NCBI GenBank assembly: GCA_963776705.1
Contig: CAVZOA010000039.1
Coordinates: forward strand, 2,058-66,057
Length of the DNA: 64,000 bases
DNA from: an uncultured Alphaproteobacteria bacterium
GTDB lineage: Bacteria > Pseudomonadota > Alphaproteobacteria > Rhodobacterales > Rhodobacteraceae
Direction: 5' to 3'
This document shows, in pieces, positions 10,260 to 29,961 of this stretch. A model generated the notes under the pieces. It searched no databases. It was not told the origin of the DNA and worked only from the letters and a program-made list of their open reading frames with translations. Both the position numbers and the translations under genes were made by a program. Each line of letters starts with the position of its first letter. Positions within the stretch are counted from its first letter, which is position 1.

Positions 10260-10786
10260 GAAGTGCCTTTCTTTCGATGTTCCGAGGAGAGCACGTTCGT
10301 GCCTAGTCGTTCGAGCGCCTCCCGCAAGCCCTCGTCTCCGATCCGGGCGGCGCTGTCGCGGGCTGCCGCGACGGCCCGGCCGTCCGGAGGTACGTCTCGG
10401 GGCTGGCGCTCGCCGCCCTCCGCAAAGGCGGAGAAGCCGTCCGGAGCCGTCTGGGTCAGGCGGATGCGGCGGATGGCCTGATAGCCGTAGCAGGCATTCA
10501 CCTTCTCACGGAGCCGCTCCTTCTGCAATTCGAGCATAGGAGCCTGCGCGCCGGTCGTCAGCACGGTCAGGGTTGCGCCCACTCCGCTGCGGGCGAAGGA
10601 GACCTCCACGGGGTGTGCGATCGCCGCGATCTCCGTCCCGGCGATCTCGTCCCATCGCGTCAGGAGGCGGGACACGGCGAAGCCGCGGCTCTCGCCAACT
10701 TCGCGGATCCGCCGCTCGAGCAGCGTGGCGGCGTGGACGGCCCCCTTGCGGACCCTGCGGCGATATGGCGTGTGGCTCCTGCCCAT
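10256..10786 (-). CDS. DUF721 / DciA family protein
   Basis: ESRGFAVSRLLTRWDEIAG...VNACYGYQAIRRIRLTQTA; divergent from mutY. Confidence 0.85.
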   Translation of the reverse strand: MGRSHTPYRRRVRKGAVHAATLLERRIREVGESRGFAVSRLLTRWDEIAGTEIAAIAHPVEVSFARSGVGATLTVLTTGAQAPMLELQKERLREKVNACYGYQAIRRIRLTQTAPDGFSAFAEGGERQPRDVPPDGRAVAAARDSAARIGDEGLREALERLGTNVLSSEHRKKGTS

Positions 10787-10849
10787 CGCGCCCAATCTAC
10801 GGACCGGCGCGACCGGCGAAAGCCGAAAACGGGAAGAAGGGCATAAAAG

Positions 10850-11938
10850 TTGCGTGACGCCCGGCTCTCGGACCTTCTCCTCGCTTGGTATGACGATCAT
10901 GCGCGCGAGATGCCGTGGCGGATCGGCCCCGCTGCCAGAGGCGCGGGCGCACGGCCCGATCCCTATCGAGTCTGGCTGTCGGAAGTGATGCTCCAGCAGA
11001 CGACCGTGGCGGCCGTGAGGAGCTATTTCCGGCGGTTCGTCGAACTCTGGCCGGATGTTCATGCACTTGCCGCGGCAGAGGGCGCACGCGTCATGGGCGA
11101 ATGGGCCGGGCTCGGCTACTACGCGCGGGCACGGAACCTCCTGAAATGCGCCCGCATCGTCTCGCGGGAGCTCGATGGGCGCTTTCCCGAGACGAGGTCG
11201 GGCCTGCTCGAACTCCCCGGAATCGGCCCCTATACCGCTTCGGCGATCGCTGCCATCGCCTTCGACCAGCCGGAGACGGTGGTCGACGGCAACGTGGAGC
11301 GGGTCGTCGCGCGCCTCCACGCCGTCGAGGAGCCGCTGCCCGGGTCGAAGAAGCGGCTGGCCCGCCTGGCTGCTGGCCTGACCCCGGAAACGCGGTCGGG
11401 AGACTACGCCCAGGCGATCATGGATCTGGGCGCGACCATCTGCACGCCCCGCAGCCCGGCCTGCGGCATCTGCCCCTGGATGGCGGAGTGCGCGGCCCGG
11501 GCGGGGAGTGTGGCTGCGGAACTGCCGCGCAAGGACACCAGGAAGGCCAAGCCCGTCCGGCGCGGGGTGGCCTATGTCGCGCGCCGGTCGGACGGTGCGT
11601 GGCTCCTCGAGACGCGCCCCGCGATCGGGCTTCTCGGGGGGATGCTGGGCTGGCCCGGCTCTGGCTGGGCCGATCGCGTCCCGAACCACACGCCACCGGT
11701 CGAGGCGGACTGGAAGGAGATCGGTGAGGTGCGCCACACCTTCACTCATTTCCATCTCGTGCTGACCCTTCGCGCCGCCGAGACGGATGCCACGCCTGAG
11801 CGCGGGCGCTTCGTTCCGAAGGAGGCGTTCCGGCCCTCGGACCTGCCCACGCTCATGCGGAAGGCCCATGACCTCGTCCAGAGCGCACTCGCGGCGCGAC
11901 AGGAGGAGACGCGGAGCGGGTCCCGACCTGCCGGATGA
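10850..11938 (+). CDS. mutY: A/G-specific adenine glycosylase
   Basis: VWLSEVMLQQT, GLGYYARARNL, LPGIGPYTA, VVDGNVERV, CTPRSPACGICPW...C Fe-S motif. Confidence 0.96.
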   Translation: MRDARLSDLLLAWYDDHAREMPWRIGPAARGAGARPDPYRVWLSEVMLQQTTVAAVRSYFRRFVELWPDVHALAAAEGARVMGEWAGLGYYARARNLLKCARIVSRELDGRFPETRSGLLELPGIGPYTASAIAAIAFDQPETVVDGNVERVVARLHAVEEPLPGSKKRLARLAAGLTPETRSGDYAQAIMDLGATICTPRSPACGICPWMAECAARAGSVAAELPRKDTRKAKPVRRGVAYVARRSDGAWLLETRPAIGLLGGMLGWPGSGWADRVPNHTPPVEADWKEIGEVRHTFTHFHLVLTLRAAETDATPERGRFVPKEAFRPSDLPTLMRKAHDLVQSALAARQEETRSGSRPAG

Positions 11939-11940
11939 GG

Positions 11941-12975
11941 TCAGGCGTCGGTCCCGACGCGGACCAGTGTCTTGCCGAAATTTCCGCCCTCCAGCATCGC
12001 GAGGAAGGCCTTGGGCGCGTTCTCCAGCCCCTCCGTCACATCCTCGCGGTAGTAGAGGTCGCCGGACTCCACGAGGGGGGCCACGTCGCGCAGGAAGTCT
12101 CCGAAGCGGTGCCAGTGATCCATCACGATGAAGCCGCGGACGGTGAGGCGCTTTGTCAGGATCGTCCGCCAGACCAGGGGCAGTGGAATCGTCTGGTCCA
12201 GATTCTGAGCGTTGTACCAGGCGACCATGCCGCAGATCGCGATCCGTCCGCCTTGCGCCATGTTGGGGATCACGCCGGCGAGGGTCTTGCCGCCGACATT
12301 CTCGAAATAGCCGTTGATGCCGTCCGGCGCCGCCTTCTCGAGCGCGGCGGCCATCTCGTGCCCGTCGCGGTGCGCGTGGTGGTCGATGCAGAGGTCGAAG
12401 CCGAGCCTGTCCTCGGCGAAGCGGCACTTCTCCGCGCCGCCGGCGACGCCGATCGCCCGGCAGCCGCGCGCCTTGGCTATCTGCCCCGCGACGCCGCCGA
12501 CGGCACCGGTGGCGGCGGAGATGACGACGGTCTCGCCGGCCTCGGCGTGGAGGATCTCGGTCAGGCCCGTCCAGGCGGTCATGCCCGGCATGCCGAGAAC
12601 GCCGAGGGCGGTCTGGACGGGGGCGCGAGCGGGGTCGACCCGGGTCAGATCGGCGTCGCGCATGACGGCGTGGCTGACCCAGCCCGTCCGGCCGGTGACG
12701 ATGGTTCCTTCAGGAAAATCAGAGGATTGGGAGGCGATGACCTCGCCGACCGTCTGGCCTTCCATGACCCCGCCGACAGGGACCGGATCGGCGTAGGAGG
12801 GGCCTGCATCCATGCGGCCGCGCATGTAGGGATCGAGCGACAGCCAGATCACCCGGACCACGACCTCGCCGTCTCCCGGTTCGGGCAGGTCACTGGTCCG
12901 GAACTCGAAATTCGCCTCGCCCGGGCGGCCCTCGGGGCGGCTGGCGAGGTGGATGCTGCGCAGGGTCTCGGTCAT
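11941..12975 (-). CDS. NADP-dependent oxidoreductase (MDR, PTGR/CurA-like)
   Basis: LSLDPYMRGRM, GVLGMPGMTAW, SAATGAVG, GGNFGKTLV. Confidence 0.92.
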   Translation of the reverse strand: MTETLRSIHLASRPEGRPGEANFEFRTSDLPEPGDGEVVVRVIWLSLDPYMRGRMDAGPSYADPVPVGGVMEGQTVGEVIASQSSDFPEGTIVTGRTGWVSHAVMRDADLTRVDPARAPVQTALGVLGMPGMTAWTGLTEILHAEAGETVVISAATGAVGGVAGQIAKARGCRAIGVAGGAEKCRFAEDRLGFDLCIDHHAHRDGHEMAAALEKAAPDGINGYFENVGGKTLAGVIPNMAQGGRIAICGMVAWYNAQNLDQTIPLPLVWRTILTKRLTVRGFIVMDHWHRFGDFLRDVAPLVESGDLYYREDVTEGLENAPKAFLAMLEGGNFGKTLVRVGTDA

Positions 12976-13038
12976 TCGGGCCTCCGTCTCGGTGCCGGGG
13001 AGGTGGGGCGCCACGGGGAGAAGTCGAGGCCCGGACCG

Positions 13039-13095
13039 GTCGGAACCGGCTGTCGGATTGCCGTCGGATTCCTGTCGGAATCCCGTCGGAGTCCC
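13039..13095. repeat. Tandem 11-bp-period direct repeats (core GTCGGA)
   Basis: GTCGGA at 13039, 13052, 13063, 13074, 13085; units TGTCGGATTGC, CGTCGGATTCC, TGTCGGAATCC, CGTCGGAGTCC. Confidence 0.8.
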
Positions 13096-13111
13096 GAGCG
13101 CGCAGGCGCGC

Positions 13112-14521
13112 TCAATCGTCGCGGGCGAGAAGGCCGTACTTGCGGAGCTTGACGTAGAGGCTCTGCCGCGAGAGCCCGAGCATCTCGGCCGCGGCCATGC
13201 GGTTGTTGCCGGTTAGCTCCACCGCCGTCTCGATGCACATCTTCTCGATGACCTCGGTGGTCTCGGACACGATCTCCTTCAGCGTCGCGGCCCCGACGAG
13301 ATCGCGGGCCGGACGCAGGCCCTCCGGGCCCGGCGGGTTGCGCAGGCTTTCCGCCCGGCCGACATCGCGCAGCGCGAATCCGAGCGCCGGATGCGCCGCG
13401 TCGTCGAGCGCGGCGACCGAGATCTCCACCGGCCGCTCGACGCCGAAGGCGGTGAGGATCCGCGTCGCGTAGAGCTTCATCTGCCCGTTGCGGATCGCGC
13501 CCTCCGACAACACCTTCAGGTCGACGCCGCCGCGGGCGAGGAAGTCGCCGAGCGACTTGCCCTTCACAATCGCCGGACCGTCGCAATCGACGAGATCGAG
13601 GAACCCCTCGTTGGCCGAGAGGATGTGCCCGGAGCGGTCGGTGAAGACGATCGCGTCGGGGGACTGGTCGAAGAAGCGGGCGGCGCGCGCCTGGCCGGGT
13701 GCCGCATCCGCATCGTCCCCCGCCTCCGGCTCCCGGTCGAGGCGGCAGAACAGCATCCGCTCGCCGGCGGCGCGGAACGCGGTGGCGCGGAGCGCGACGG
13801 TCCTGTCGTGATCGGCGACGCGCGCGCGGAGCGGGCCGGAGCCGTTCTCGCGGCCGCCATCGGCCAGCCGGGAGAGATCGAGCGCGCCGTCCACCCCGGC
13901 GAGGCAGCTCGTGACGAGCCGGCCCCGGAGATCCTCCGCGGCGCCGCCGAGGAGGCGGGCGGCGCGCGCGTTCAGATCGACGATCCGGCCCGTGCCGAGA
14001 CTCGCGAAGACGACGGCGTCCCGCGTCATCTCCATCAGCACCTTCATGCGGGTCGAGACCTCGCGCTGATGTTCGTAGTCGCGCTCGAGCGCGACCTGCG
14101 CCTCGACGAGCTGCTGCTGCATCTGCGCGATCGGCCTGAGGTCGCGGCCGATCATCAGGATCGCGCCGTCCGGCCCGATCGGGTGGAAGCTGTAGCGGAC
14201 CGGGAAGGACAGGTCCGGCGTCTCGGCATGGTTCAGCTCGATGCCGCGGCCGCCGGTCCGTCCGGCGTTCAGCTCGACGAGGCGGCGCTCGAACTTCTCC
14301 ACGCTCTCGCTCGTCAGCGTGTCGCGGATGTCGCGACCCACCCAGCCGTCGAGACGCTGGAAGCTCGCATGATCGGGATTGACGAGGAGCGAGAGAATGT
14401 CTCCGAGATCGGAGATGACGATGGAAATGTCGGCGGCATTGGCGATGATGTCGCCCAGGATGTCCGGGGCGACGAGCGGAATCGCCCCGCTCGACCAGTA
14501 TCTGGCGCCGCAACTCGTCAT
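13112..14521 (-). CDS. ppsR: Photosynthesis repressor PpsR/CrtJ
   Basis: PAS domains, Q-linker (QQQLVEAQVALERDYE), C-terminal HTH IEKMCIETAVELTGNNRMAAAEMLGLSRQSLYVKLRKYGL. Confidence 0.96.
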   Translation of the reverse strand: MTSCGARYWSSGAIPLVAPDILGDIIANAADISIVISDLGDILSLLVNPDHASFQRLDGWVGRDIRDTLTSESVEKFERRLVELNAGRTGGRGIELNHAETPDLSFPVRYSFHPIGPDGAILMIGRDLRPIAQMQQQLVEAQVALERDYEHQREVSTRMKVLMEMTRDAVVFASLGTGRIVDLNARAARLLGGAAEDLRGRLVTSCLAGVDGALDLSRLADGGRENGSGPLRARVADHDRTVALRATAFRAAGERMLFCRLDREPEAGDDADAAPGQARAARFFDQSPDAIVFTDRSGHILSANEGFLDLVDCDGPAIVKGKSLGDFLARGGVDLKVLSEGAIRNGQMKLYATRILTAFGVERPVEISVAALDDAAHPALGFALRDVGRAESLRNPPGPEGLRPARDLVGAATLKEIVSETTEVIEKMCIETAVELTGNNRMAAAEMLGLSRQSLYVKLRKYGLLARDD

Positions 14522-14552
14522 GTCGGGCCGATCCGTATGCGTCCTTGGTCCG

Positions 14553-15356
14553 TCATCTCTCCTGCCGCGCTTCGGGGCTTCCGATCAGTCGCATCACCTG
14601 CGCCGGATCGCTCGTGGCGTGGTCGGCTCCCGTTTCCGCCAGGATCTTCTCGACGCCCAGATCGAGCAGACCACCGCCTATGATGAGAGGTATAGGATCG
14701 CTCAGAAGTTCCCTCAGCATCGTTAACAATTGCTTTACTTGGCCCGGGTGGTCGCATTTGGCGGCCGAAACCAGCACCGCATCGAAGCCGGCGCCGCAGG
14801 CGACGCGCTCGACATCCTCGCGGCGGCGGCCGAGAAGGAGCCGGACCGAGGCGCCGCGCCGCCGGAGCTGTCCGGTCAGGACCATCGCGCCCAGGGTGTG
14901 GAACTCGTCGGCCAGCAGAAGCACCGCGAACCGCGCGGACTCGTCCGCCGGATCGCCGCGCGGCTCGAGGACGGCATCGCGCAGGAGCGCCTGCAACCGC
15001 GCCGAACCGATCGAGACGTCGGCGAAGCTCATCGTGTCCTCGCACCATTCCTCGCCGAAGCGCCGGGCGACGGTGGGGATGTAGAGATCGCACACCTCCT
15101 CGGCGGTAATTCCCGCGTCGAGCATCCGCGCGAGAATCCCCCTCCGCGCTGCCGGATCCGGGCGCAGCACCGCCTCGCGGAGCTCCGCGAGCCAGTGTTC
15201 GGAGAGACCGGATCGGTGGGAGCGGCGGGCGACGAGCATGTCGATGGCGCGCGCCGCGAGCGGTTCGAACCGGGTCCGGTCGGACGGCGGGCGGACGGCA
15301 TCCGCCGTCGGGTCGCGGTCGCCCCGAAGGCTTTCGACATGCTTCGACACGGACAT
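14553..15356 (-). CDS. ppaA: Cobalamin-binding antirepressor PpaA/AerR
   Basis: YIPTVARRFGEEWCEDTMSFADVSIGSARLQ, EFHTLG B12-binding motif; lies between ppsR and bchF. Confidence 0.9.
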   Translation of the reverse strand: MSVSKHVESLRGDRDPTADAVRPPSDRTRFEPLAARAIDMLVARRSHRSGLSEHWLAELREAVLRPDPAARRGILARMLDAGITAEEVCDLYIPTVARRFGEEWCEDTMSFADVSIGSARLQALLRDAVLEPRGDPADESARFAVLLLADEFHTLGAMVLTGQLRRRGASVRLLLGRRREDVERVACGAGFDAVLVSAAKCDHPGQVKQLLTMLRELLSDPIPLIIGGGLLDLGVEKILAETGADHATSDPAQVMRLIGSPEARQER

Positions 15357-15414
15357 GGCACGCTCCCGGATCGGGTACGGCCGGTCCGGAGCGACACAGC
15401 CGATAACGGGCCCA

Positions 15415-15428
15415 TTGATTTCGGTCGA
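15415..15428. promoter_or_regulatory. Possible FnrL/FNR-like box
   Basis: TTGAT-TTCG-GTCGA versus consensus TTGAT-N4-ATCAA (2 mismatches). Confidence 0.3.
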
Positions 15429-15436
15429 GGCCCCGA

Positions 15437-15454
15437 TGTCAACGAAAAGTGACA
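15437..15454. promoter_or_regulatory. PpsR binding palindrome TGT-N12-ACA
   Basis: TGTCAACGAAAAGTGACA in the ppaA-bchF divergent intergenic region. Confidence 0.85.
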
Positions 15455-15510
15455 GTCCGCCGCGATCCCGGCGGCCGATCGGCGGAGTCGCGTGCGTGTC
15501 AATCGCAGAG

Positions 15511-15528
15511 TGTAAGTTTGAGTTGACA
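15511..15528. promoter_or_regulatory. PpsR binding palindrome TGT-N12-ACA
   Basis: TGTAAGTTTGAGTTGACA just upstream of bchF. Confidence 0.85.
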
Positions 15529-15541
15529 CATCCCGGGGCCG

Positions 15542-16047
15542 ATGGTTCTCATGAGTCCCATGACCGAGGCTGCCATTCCCCAGATCGGCGCCCATAGGGA
15601 GCGCCACCCGATCTACACGCAAGCGGAGCGCGCCCGGCGCGACGCGACCCGCTGGACCTTCGTGCAGGGGGTCCTGGCGCCGGTGCAGTTCGCCGTCTTC
15701 CTGGTCTCGCTGGCGCTGGTCCTGCATTATCTGGCGACCGGGGCGGGCTACGCGGCCGCCACCTGGTCGATCGTGGCCAAGACCGCGACCCTCTACGTCA
15801 TCATGGTGACCGGCGCGATCTGGGAGAAGGTGGTGTTCGGCCGCTACCTGCTGGCGCCGTCCTTCTTCTGGGAAGACATGATGTCTTTCCTCGTGATCGC
15901 GCTCCACACCGCCTATCTCTGGGCGCTCCTGACTGGCGCGCTGGCGCCCGGCGGGCTCATGGGCGTGGCGCTCGCCGCCTACGCCGCCTACGTGGTCAAC
16001 GCCGCCCAGTTCGTCCTGAAGCTGCGCCGCGCGCGGCTGGAGGCGCC

Positions 16048-16051
<4 letters not shown>
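15542..16051 (+). CDS. bchF: 3-vinyl bacteriochlorophyllide hydratase
   Basis: IYTQAERARRDATRWTFVQGVLAPVQF, GAIWEKVVFGRYL, FFWED, NAAQFVLKLR. Confidence 0.95.
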
Positions 16052-25565
<9,514 letters not shown>

Positions 25566-25577
25566 AAGGAGGGCATC

Positions 25578-26351
25578 ATGGTCGGTGTCGAATTCTTCGG
25601 AGATACGATCTGGCCGCGGTGGCCATCTGGGGCTTCTGGCTCTTCTTCGCGCTCCTCGTCTACTACCTGCAGACCGAGAACATGCGCGAGGGCTACCCGC
25701 TCGAGAACGAGGACGGCTCGGTGGCGCCGAACCAGGGCCCGTTCCCGGTGCCGAAGCCCAAGACCTTCGACCTGCCCTTCGAGCGCGGCACGGTGGTGGT
25801 GCCCTCGGCGGAGAACGAGGCCAAGCACCGGCGCATGGACCTCGCCCTCGCGCCGACGGCGGTGTCGGAGGGCTCGCCCCACGCGCCGACCGGCGACCCG
25901 ATGCTCGACGGGCGTCGGTCCGGCCTCCTGGGCGCCGCGCGCCGACATGCCGGAACTGACCGGCGAGGGCGACCCGAAGATCCAGCCGATGTCGGGCCAC
26001 GAGCACTTCTTCGTCTCGGCGGGCGCGATCCCGCGCGGCATGCCGGTGGTGTGCAACGACGACAACGTGGTGGGCTACGTGGCCGATCTCTGGATCGACG
26101 TGCCCGAGCAGCTCATCCGCTACCTCGAGATCGAGCTCGAGGCGAATGCGGGCGGCGGCCGCTGCCTGGCGCCGATCCAGCTCGTCCGGGTGCGGCCGCG
26201 CTACGTCGACATCCGCACCCTCGACACCGCGCGCATGGCGCAGGTGCCGAAGACGGCGAGCATGGGCCAGATCACCCTCCTCGAGGAGGAGAAGCTGGTG
26301 GCGTTCTACGGCGGCGGCGAGCTCTACTGCCGGCCGATGTGGAAGAGGTAA
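25578..26351 (+). CDS. puhA: Photosynthetic reaction centre H subunit (frameshifts near 25602 and 25910)
   Basis: [67 protein letters not shown]. Confidence 0.93.
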   Translation: MVGVEFFGDTIWPRWPSGASGSSSRSSSTTCRPRTCARATRSRTRTARWRRTRARSRCRSPRPSTCPSSAARWWCPRRRTRPSTGAWTSPSRRRRCRRARPTRRPATRCSTGVGPASWAPRADMPELTGEGDPKIQPMSGHEHFFVSAGAIPRGMPVVCNDDNVVGYVADLWIDVPEQLIRYLEIELEANAGGGRCLAPIQLVRVRPRYVDIRTLDTARMAQVPKTASMGQITLLEEEKLVAFYGGGELYCRPMWKR

Positions 26352-26355
26352 GACC

Positions 26356-27078
26356 ATGCCCCGCGATTTCCGCGACGATCCCGACATCACCATCGAGACG
26401 ATTCCCGGCCTGCCCGAGGAGCTGCCGCGCGGCGAGGCGGTGCTGTGGCAGGGGCGGCCGAAGCCCCTCGCGCTGGCGCGCTCCGCCCTGTCGCTGACCT
26501 GGGTGGCGGGGTATTTCGGGCTGCTGGCGTTCTGGCGCGTGGCCTCGCTCGCCGCGGAGCACGGCTGGGCGGGGGCGCTGCCCTACGCGGTGCCGTTCCT
26601 CGTGCTGGGGCTCGTCGCCTGCGGGCTCCTCTACCTCATCGCCCGGGTGCAGGCGCGGGCGACCGTCTACACGATCACCACGGCGCGGGTGGCGATGCGG
26701 ATCGGCGCCGCGCTGACCCTGACGGTGAACCTGCCGTTCAGCCGGATCGCCTCGGCCGATCTCGGCCGGGAGCCGGGGGGCACGGGCACGATCGCGATCG
26801 CCACGGTGGACGCGACGCGGTTGAGCTACGCGGTGCTCTGGCCGCATGTGCGGCCCTGGCGGATGCGCCGCGTGGAACCGGCATTGCGTTGCGTGCCCGA
26901 GCCGGAGAAGGTGGCGCGACTTCTGTCGGACGCGGTGGAGGCGAAGCGCTCCGAGCCGCGGATCGCCCTCGACGGCCCCCCGCCGCGGCCGGTGGCGGAG
27001 ACGGCATCGGCGGACCATGACGCGCCGCGCGGGGCGGCGGCCGGATTTCAGCCGCACGGCGCGGCGACGGCGGGATAG
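26356..27078 (+). CDS. puhB: Photosynthetic complex assembly protein PuhB
   Basis: [44 protein letters not shown]...EPALRC. Confidence 0.9.
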   Translation: MPRDFRDDPDITIETIPGLPEELPRGEAVLWQGRPKPLALARSALSLTWVAGYFGLLAFWRVASLAAEHGWAGALPYAVPFLVLGLVACGLLYLIARVQARATVYTITTARVAMRIGAALTLTVNLPFSRIASADLGREPGGTGTIAIATVDATRLSYAVLWPHVRPWRMRRVEPALRCVPEPEKVARLLSDAVEAKRSEPRIALDGPPPRPVAETASADHDAPRGAAAGFQPHGAATAG

Positions 27079-27087
27079 GAGGGAGCG

Positions 27088-27564
27088 ATGGCACGCGGAT
27101 CGGGACTCTACTTCGACGCGGAACGGCGGGAGATGCAGGTCAGGGATCGCGAGATGATCCCGCGCAAGCTGCTGATCGCCATGGGCGGTGATGGCCCTGA
27201 GCGGGCTCTCGCTCGCCACCTACGCCTCGGTCACCGGACGGCCGCTCGTCGGGCGTGCCCGATCCGGCGCCGGTCGTCGAAAGCCGCACCTTCGTCCTCG
27301 AAAGCGACAGCGTGGCCGCGAGCGCGGTGACGCCCGAGGGGGAGGTTCTCGCTCGACACCGATAACGGCGCGTTCATCGCGGTGGTGGGGGATGCCCTGC
27401 GCCGCGAGCGGACCGTCCACAAGATCGCGGGGAATCCCCCCGTGACGCTCGCCCGTCTCGCCAACGGGCGGCTGGTGCTGACCGATCCCGCAACCGGGTG
27501 GTCGGCCGAGATGACCTCCTTCGGAGCCGGCAACGCCCGGCACTGGGAGGTCCTGTTCGAGTGA
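27088..27564 (+). CDS. puhC: Photosynthetic complex assembly protein PuhC (frameshifted)
   Basis: DREMIPRKLL, NGAFIAVVGDALRRER, NGRLVLTDPATGWSAEMTSFGAGN. Confidence 0.85.
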
Positions 27565-27592
27565 GCTCGGACCAACAGGAGGGAACCGAAGA

Positions 27593-27917
27593 ATGGGATT
27601 GTTCACGAAGAGGACAGAGACCGCGCCCTGCACGGTCGAGGTCGTCCACAAGTTCGAGGAGCTCTCGGCCCATGTGCGGCTCGACAACGGCGCGGTGATC
27701 CATCCGGGCGACAAGGTCGAGGTGCACGGGCAGCCGGTGATGGCCCGTGCGGCGAGGCGTGCGCGAGGAGCGCACCGCCACGATCACCCGCGCCAGCGGG
27801 CTGGAGCGGCTCTGGACGCGGCTGACCGGCGACATGGAGTTCATGGAGCTCTGCGAGTTCTCGTTCTCGGAGGAGATCCGCGCCACCGGTCGCGGCGGAG
27901 AGGGGGCGATGGCATGA
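27593..27917 (+). CDS. Conserved photosynthesis-cluster hypothetical protein between puhC and acsF (frameshift near 27750)
   Basis: APCTVEVVHKFEELSAHV...GDKVEVHG; second frame RASGLERLWTRLTGDMEFMELCEFSFS; stop overlaps the acsF ATG. Confidence 0.82.
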
Positions 27918-29066
27918 ACGTCCAGCCACAGGACCGCGCGCGTCCGAGCGCCCACACCGCCGACGCGACCACCGTCGAGGAGGGGCTCGCGATCCAGGAG
28001 GAGCGGGCCAAGTACGACAGCGCGCCGCCACCCAGACTGGCGATGCAGAACACGCTGCTGACGCCGCGCTTCTACACCACCGATTTCGAGGAGCTGGACG
28101 CGATCGACGTGAGCCCGGTCCGCGAGGACTGGGACAAGCTGATGGAGCGGATGCGGTCGGACCCGAACAAGGGCCACTTCAAGAAGAACGCCGACTGGGA
28201 CCAGATCGACTGGGAGGGGATGGAGCCGGAGCTGAAGGCCGAGTTCCTCGACTTCCTGATCTCGTCCTGCACGGCCGAGTTCTCGGGCTGCGTGCTCTAC
28301 AAGGAGATGAAGCGGCGCGGCACCAACGCCGACATCAAGGAGCTGTTCTCAGCTACATGTCCCGCGACGAGGCGCGGCATGCGGGCTTCATCAACGACGC
28401 GCTGCGCGAGGCGGGCGTCGCGGTGAACCTCGGCTTCCTGACGCAGGCAGAAGAAGTACACCTATTTCCGGCCGAAGTTCATCTACTACGCCACCTATCT
28501 GTCGGAGAAGATCGGCTACGCCCGCTACATCACCATCTACCGCCACCTGGAGGCGAACCCCGAGCAGCGGTTCCACCCGATCTTCAAGTGGTTCAAGGAA
28601 TGGTGCAACGACGAGTTCAGCCACGGCGAGGCCTTCGCGCTGCTGATGCGGACCGATCCGAAGATCACCGGCTCGCTTCGCCAACAAGCTGTGGATCCGG
28701 TTCTTCCTGACGGCCGTCTACGGGACGATGTGGGTGCGCGACCACGCCCGGCCGCGCTTCCACGAGGCGCTGGGCGTCGATATCGACTGGTACGACCTGG
28801 AGGTGTTCCGCAAGACCAACGTCATCGCCCGGCAGGCCTTTCCGCTCGAGCTCGACATCGACAATCCGCGCTTCGTGAAGGGCTGCCGGAAGCTGGAAGC
28901 CGCGAGCCGGGACATGGACGCGGCCAAGGCGCGGGGCGGAATCGGCGGCCTGATCGGCCGGGTGACGGCCGGCGCGCGGGCCGCGGCGGCCTTCGCGTCG
29001 CTCTACACGATGCCGGTGAAGCGCAACGAGGTGCCCGACAGCGTGCGGCTGGAGCCGGCCTATTGA
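27914..29066 (+). CDS. acsF: Aerobic Mg-protoporphyrin IX monomethyl ester cyclase (frameshifts near 28350, 28450, 28680)
   Basis: [61 protein letters not shown] di-iron motifs. Confidence 0.94.
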
Positions 29067-29170
29067 CGGCCGATCCCGGCGGCCGGGACCGCCGCCGGGG
29101 ACGACCGGAGAGGAGGGACGCGGGACGTGAACGCGAGCACGACCATCGACGCGACGGGGCGGGGGCCTGA

Positions 29171-29961
29171 ATGGGCGCGCCCTGGATCGCCGCGCTGGTC
29201 GCGCTCTTCGTCTGGTGGTTCTCCACCGGGGCGATCCTGCTGGGCGGTGCAGCGCGCCGACGGGCAGGGCCGCGGCGCGCACGGACGGGTGGTCCTCTGC
29301 GGGCTTCCGGTGCTGGTCGCGGGCGTCGCGGGGGCATCCTGACGGCGGCGGACGCCTCGGCGGTCTATCTGCCGTTCCTGTCGGCGCTGGCGATCTGGGG
29401 CTGGATCGAGCTGGCGTTCCTGACCGGCTGCGTCACCGGCCCGGCGCGCGCGGCCGATGCCCCTCTGCGTCACCGCGGGGCAGCGGTTCCGCGCCGCCTG
29501 GGGCGCGCTCGCCTGGCACGAGCTGCTGCTGACCGCGGGGCTGGTGGCGCTGTTCCTGCTGACGCGCGGCGCGGCGAACGATCTGGTGCTTCTGGACCTA
29601 CGCGGTGCTCTTCGGGGCGCGGATCTCGGCCAAGCTGAACATCTTCCTCGGCGTGCCGCGGATCAACGCCGAGTTCCTGCCGGCGCCGCTGGCGCATCTG
29701 CCGAGCTATTTCCGGCAGGCGCCGGTGAGCTGGTTCTTCCCGCTCTCGATCCTGACCCTGACGGCCGCCGTCTTCTGCTGGATCGAACGGGTGACGACCA
29801 CCGGCGAGACCGGTTTCGCGCTCCTGGCGAGCCTGACCGCGCTGGCGCTGCTCGAACACTGGCTGATGGTGCTGCCGCTGCCGGACGCGAAACTCTGGCG
29901 CTGGGCGCTGCCCGCGCCCAAACCGACGATACGGAAAGGAGAGGGACGGCATGGATTTTGA
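29171..29961 (+). CDS. puhE: Photosynthetic complex assembly protein PuhE (several frameshifts)
   Basis: [64 protein letters not shown]. Confidence 0.88.
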
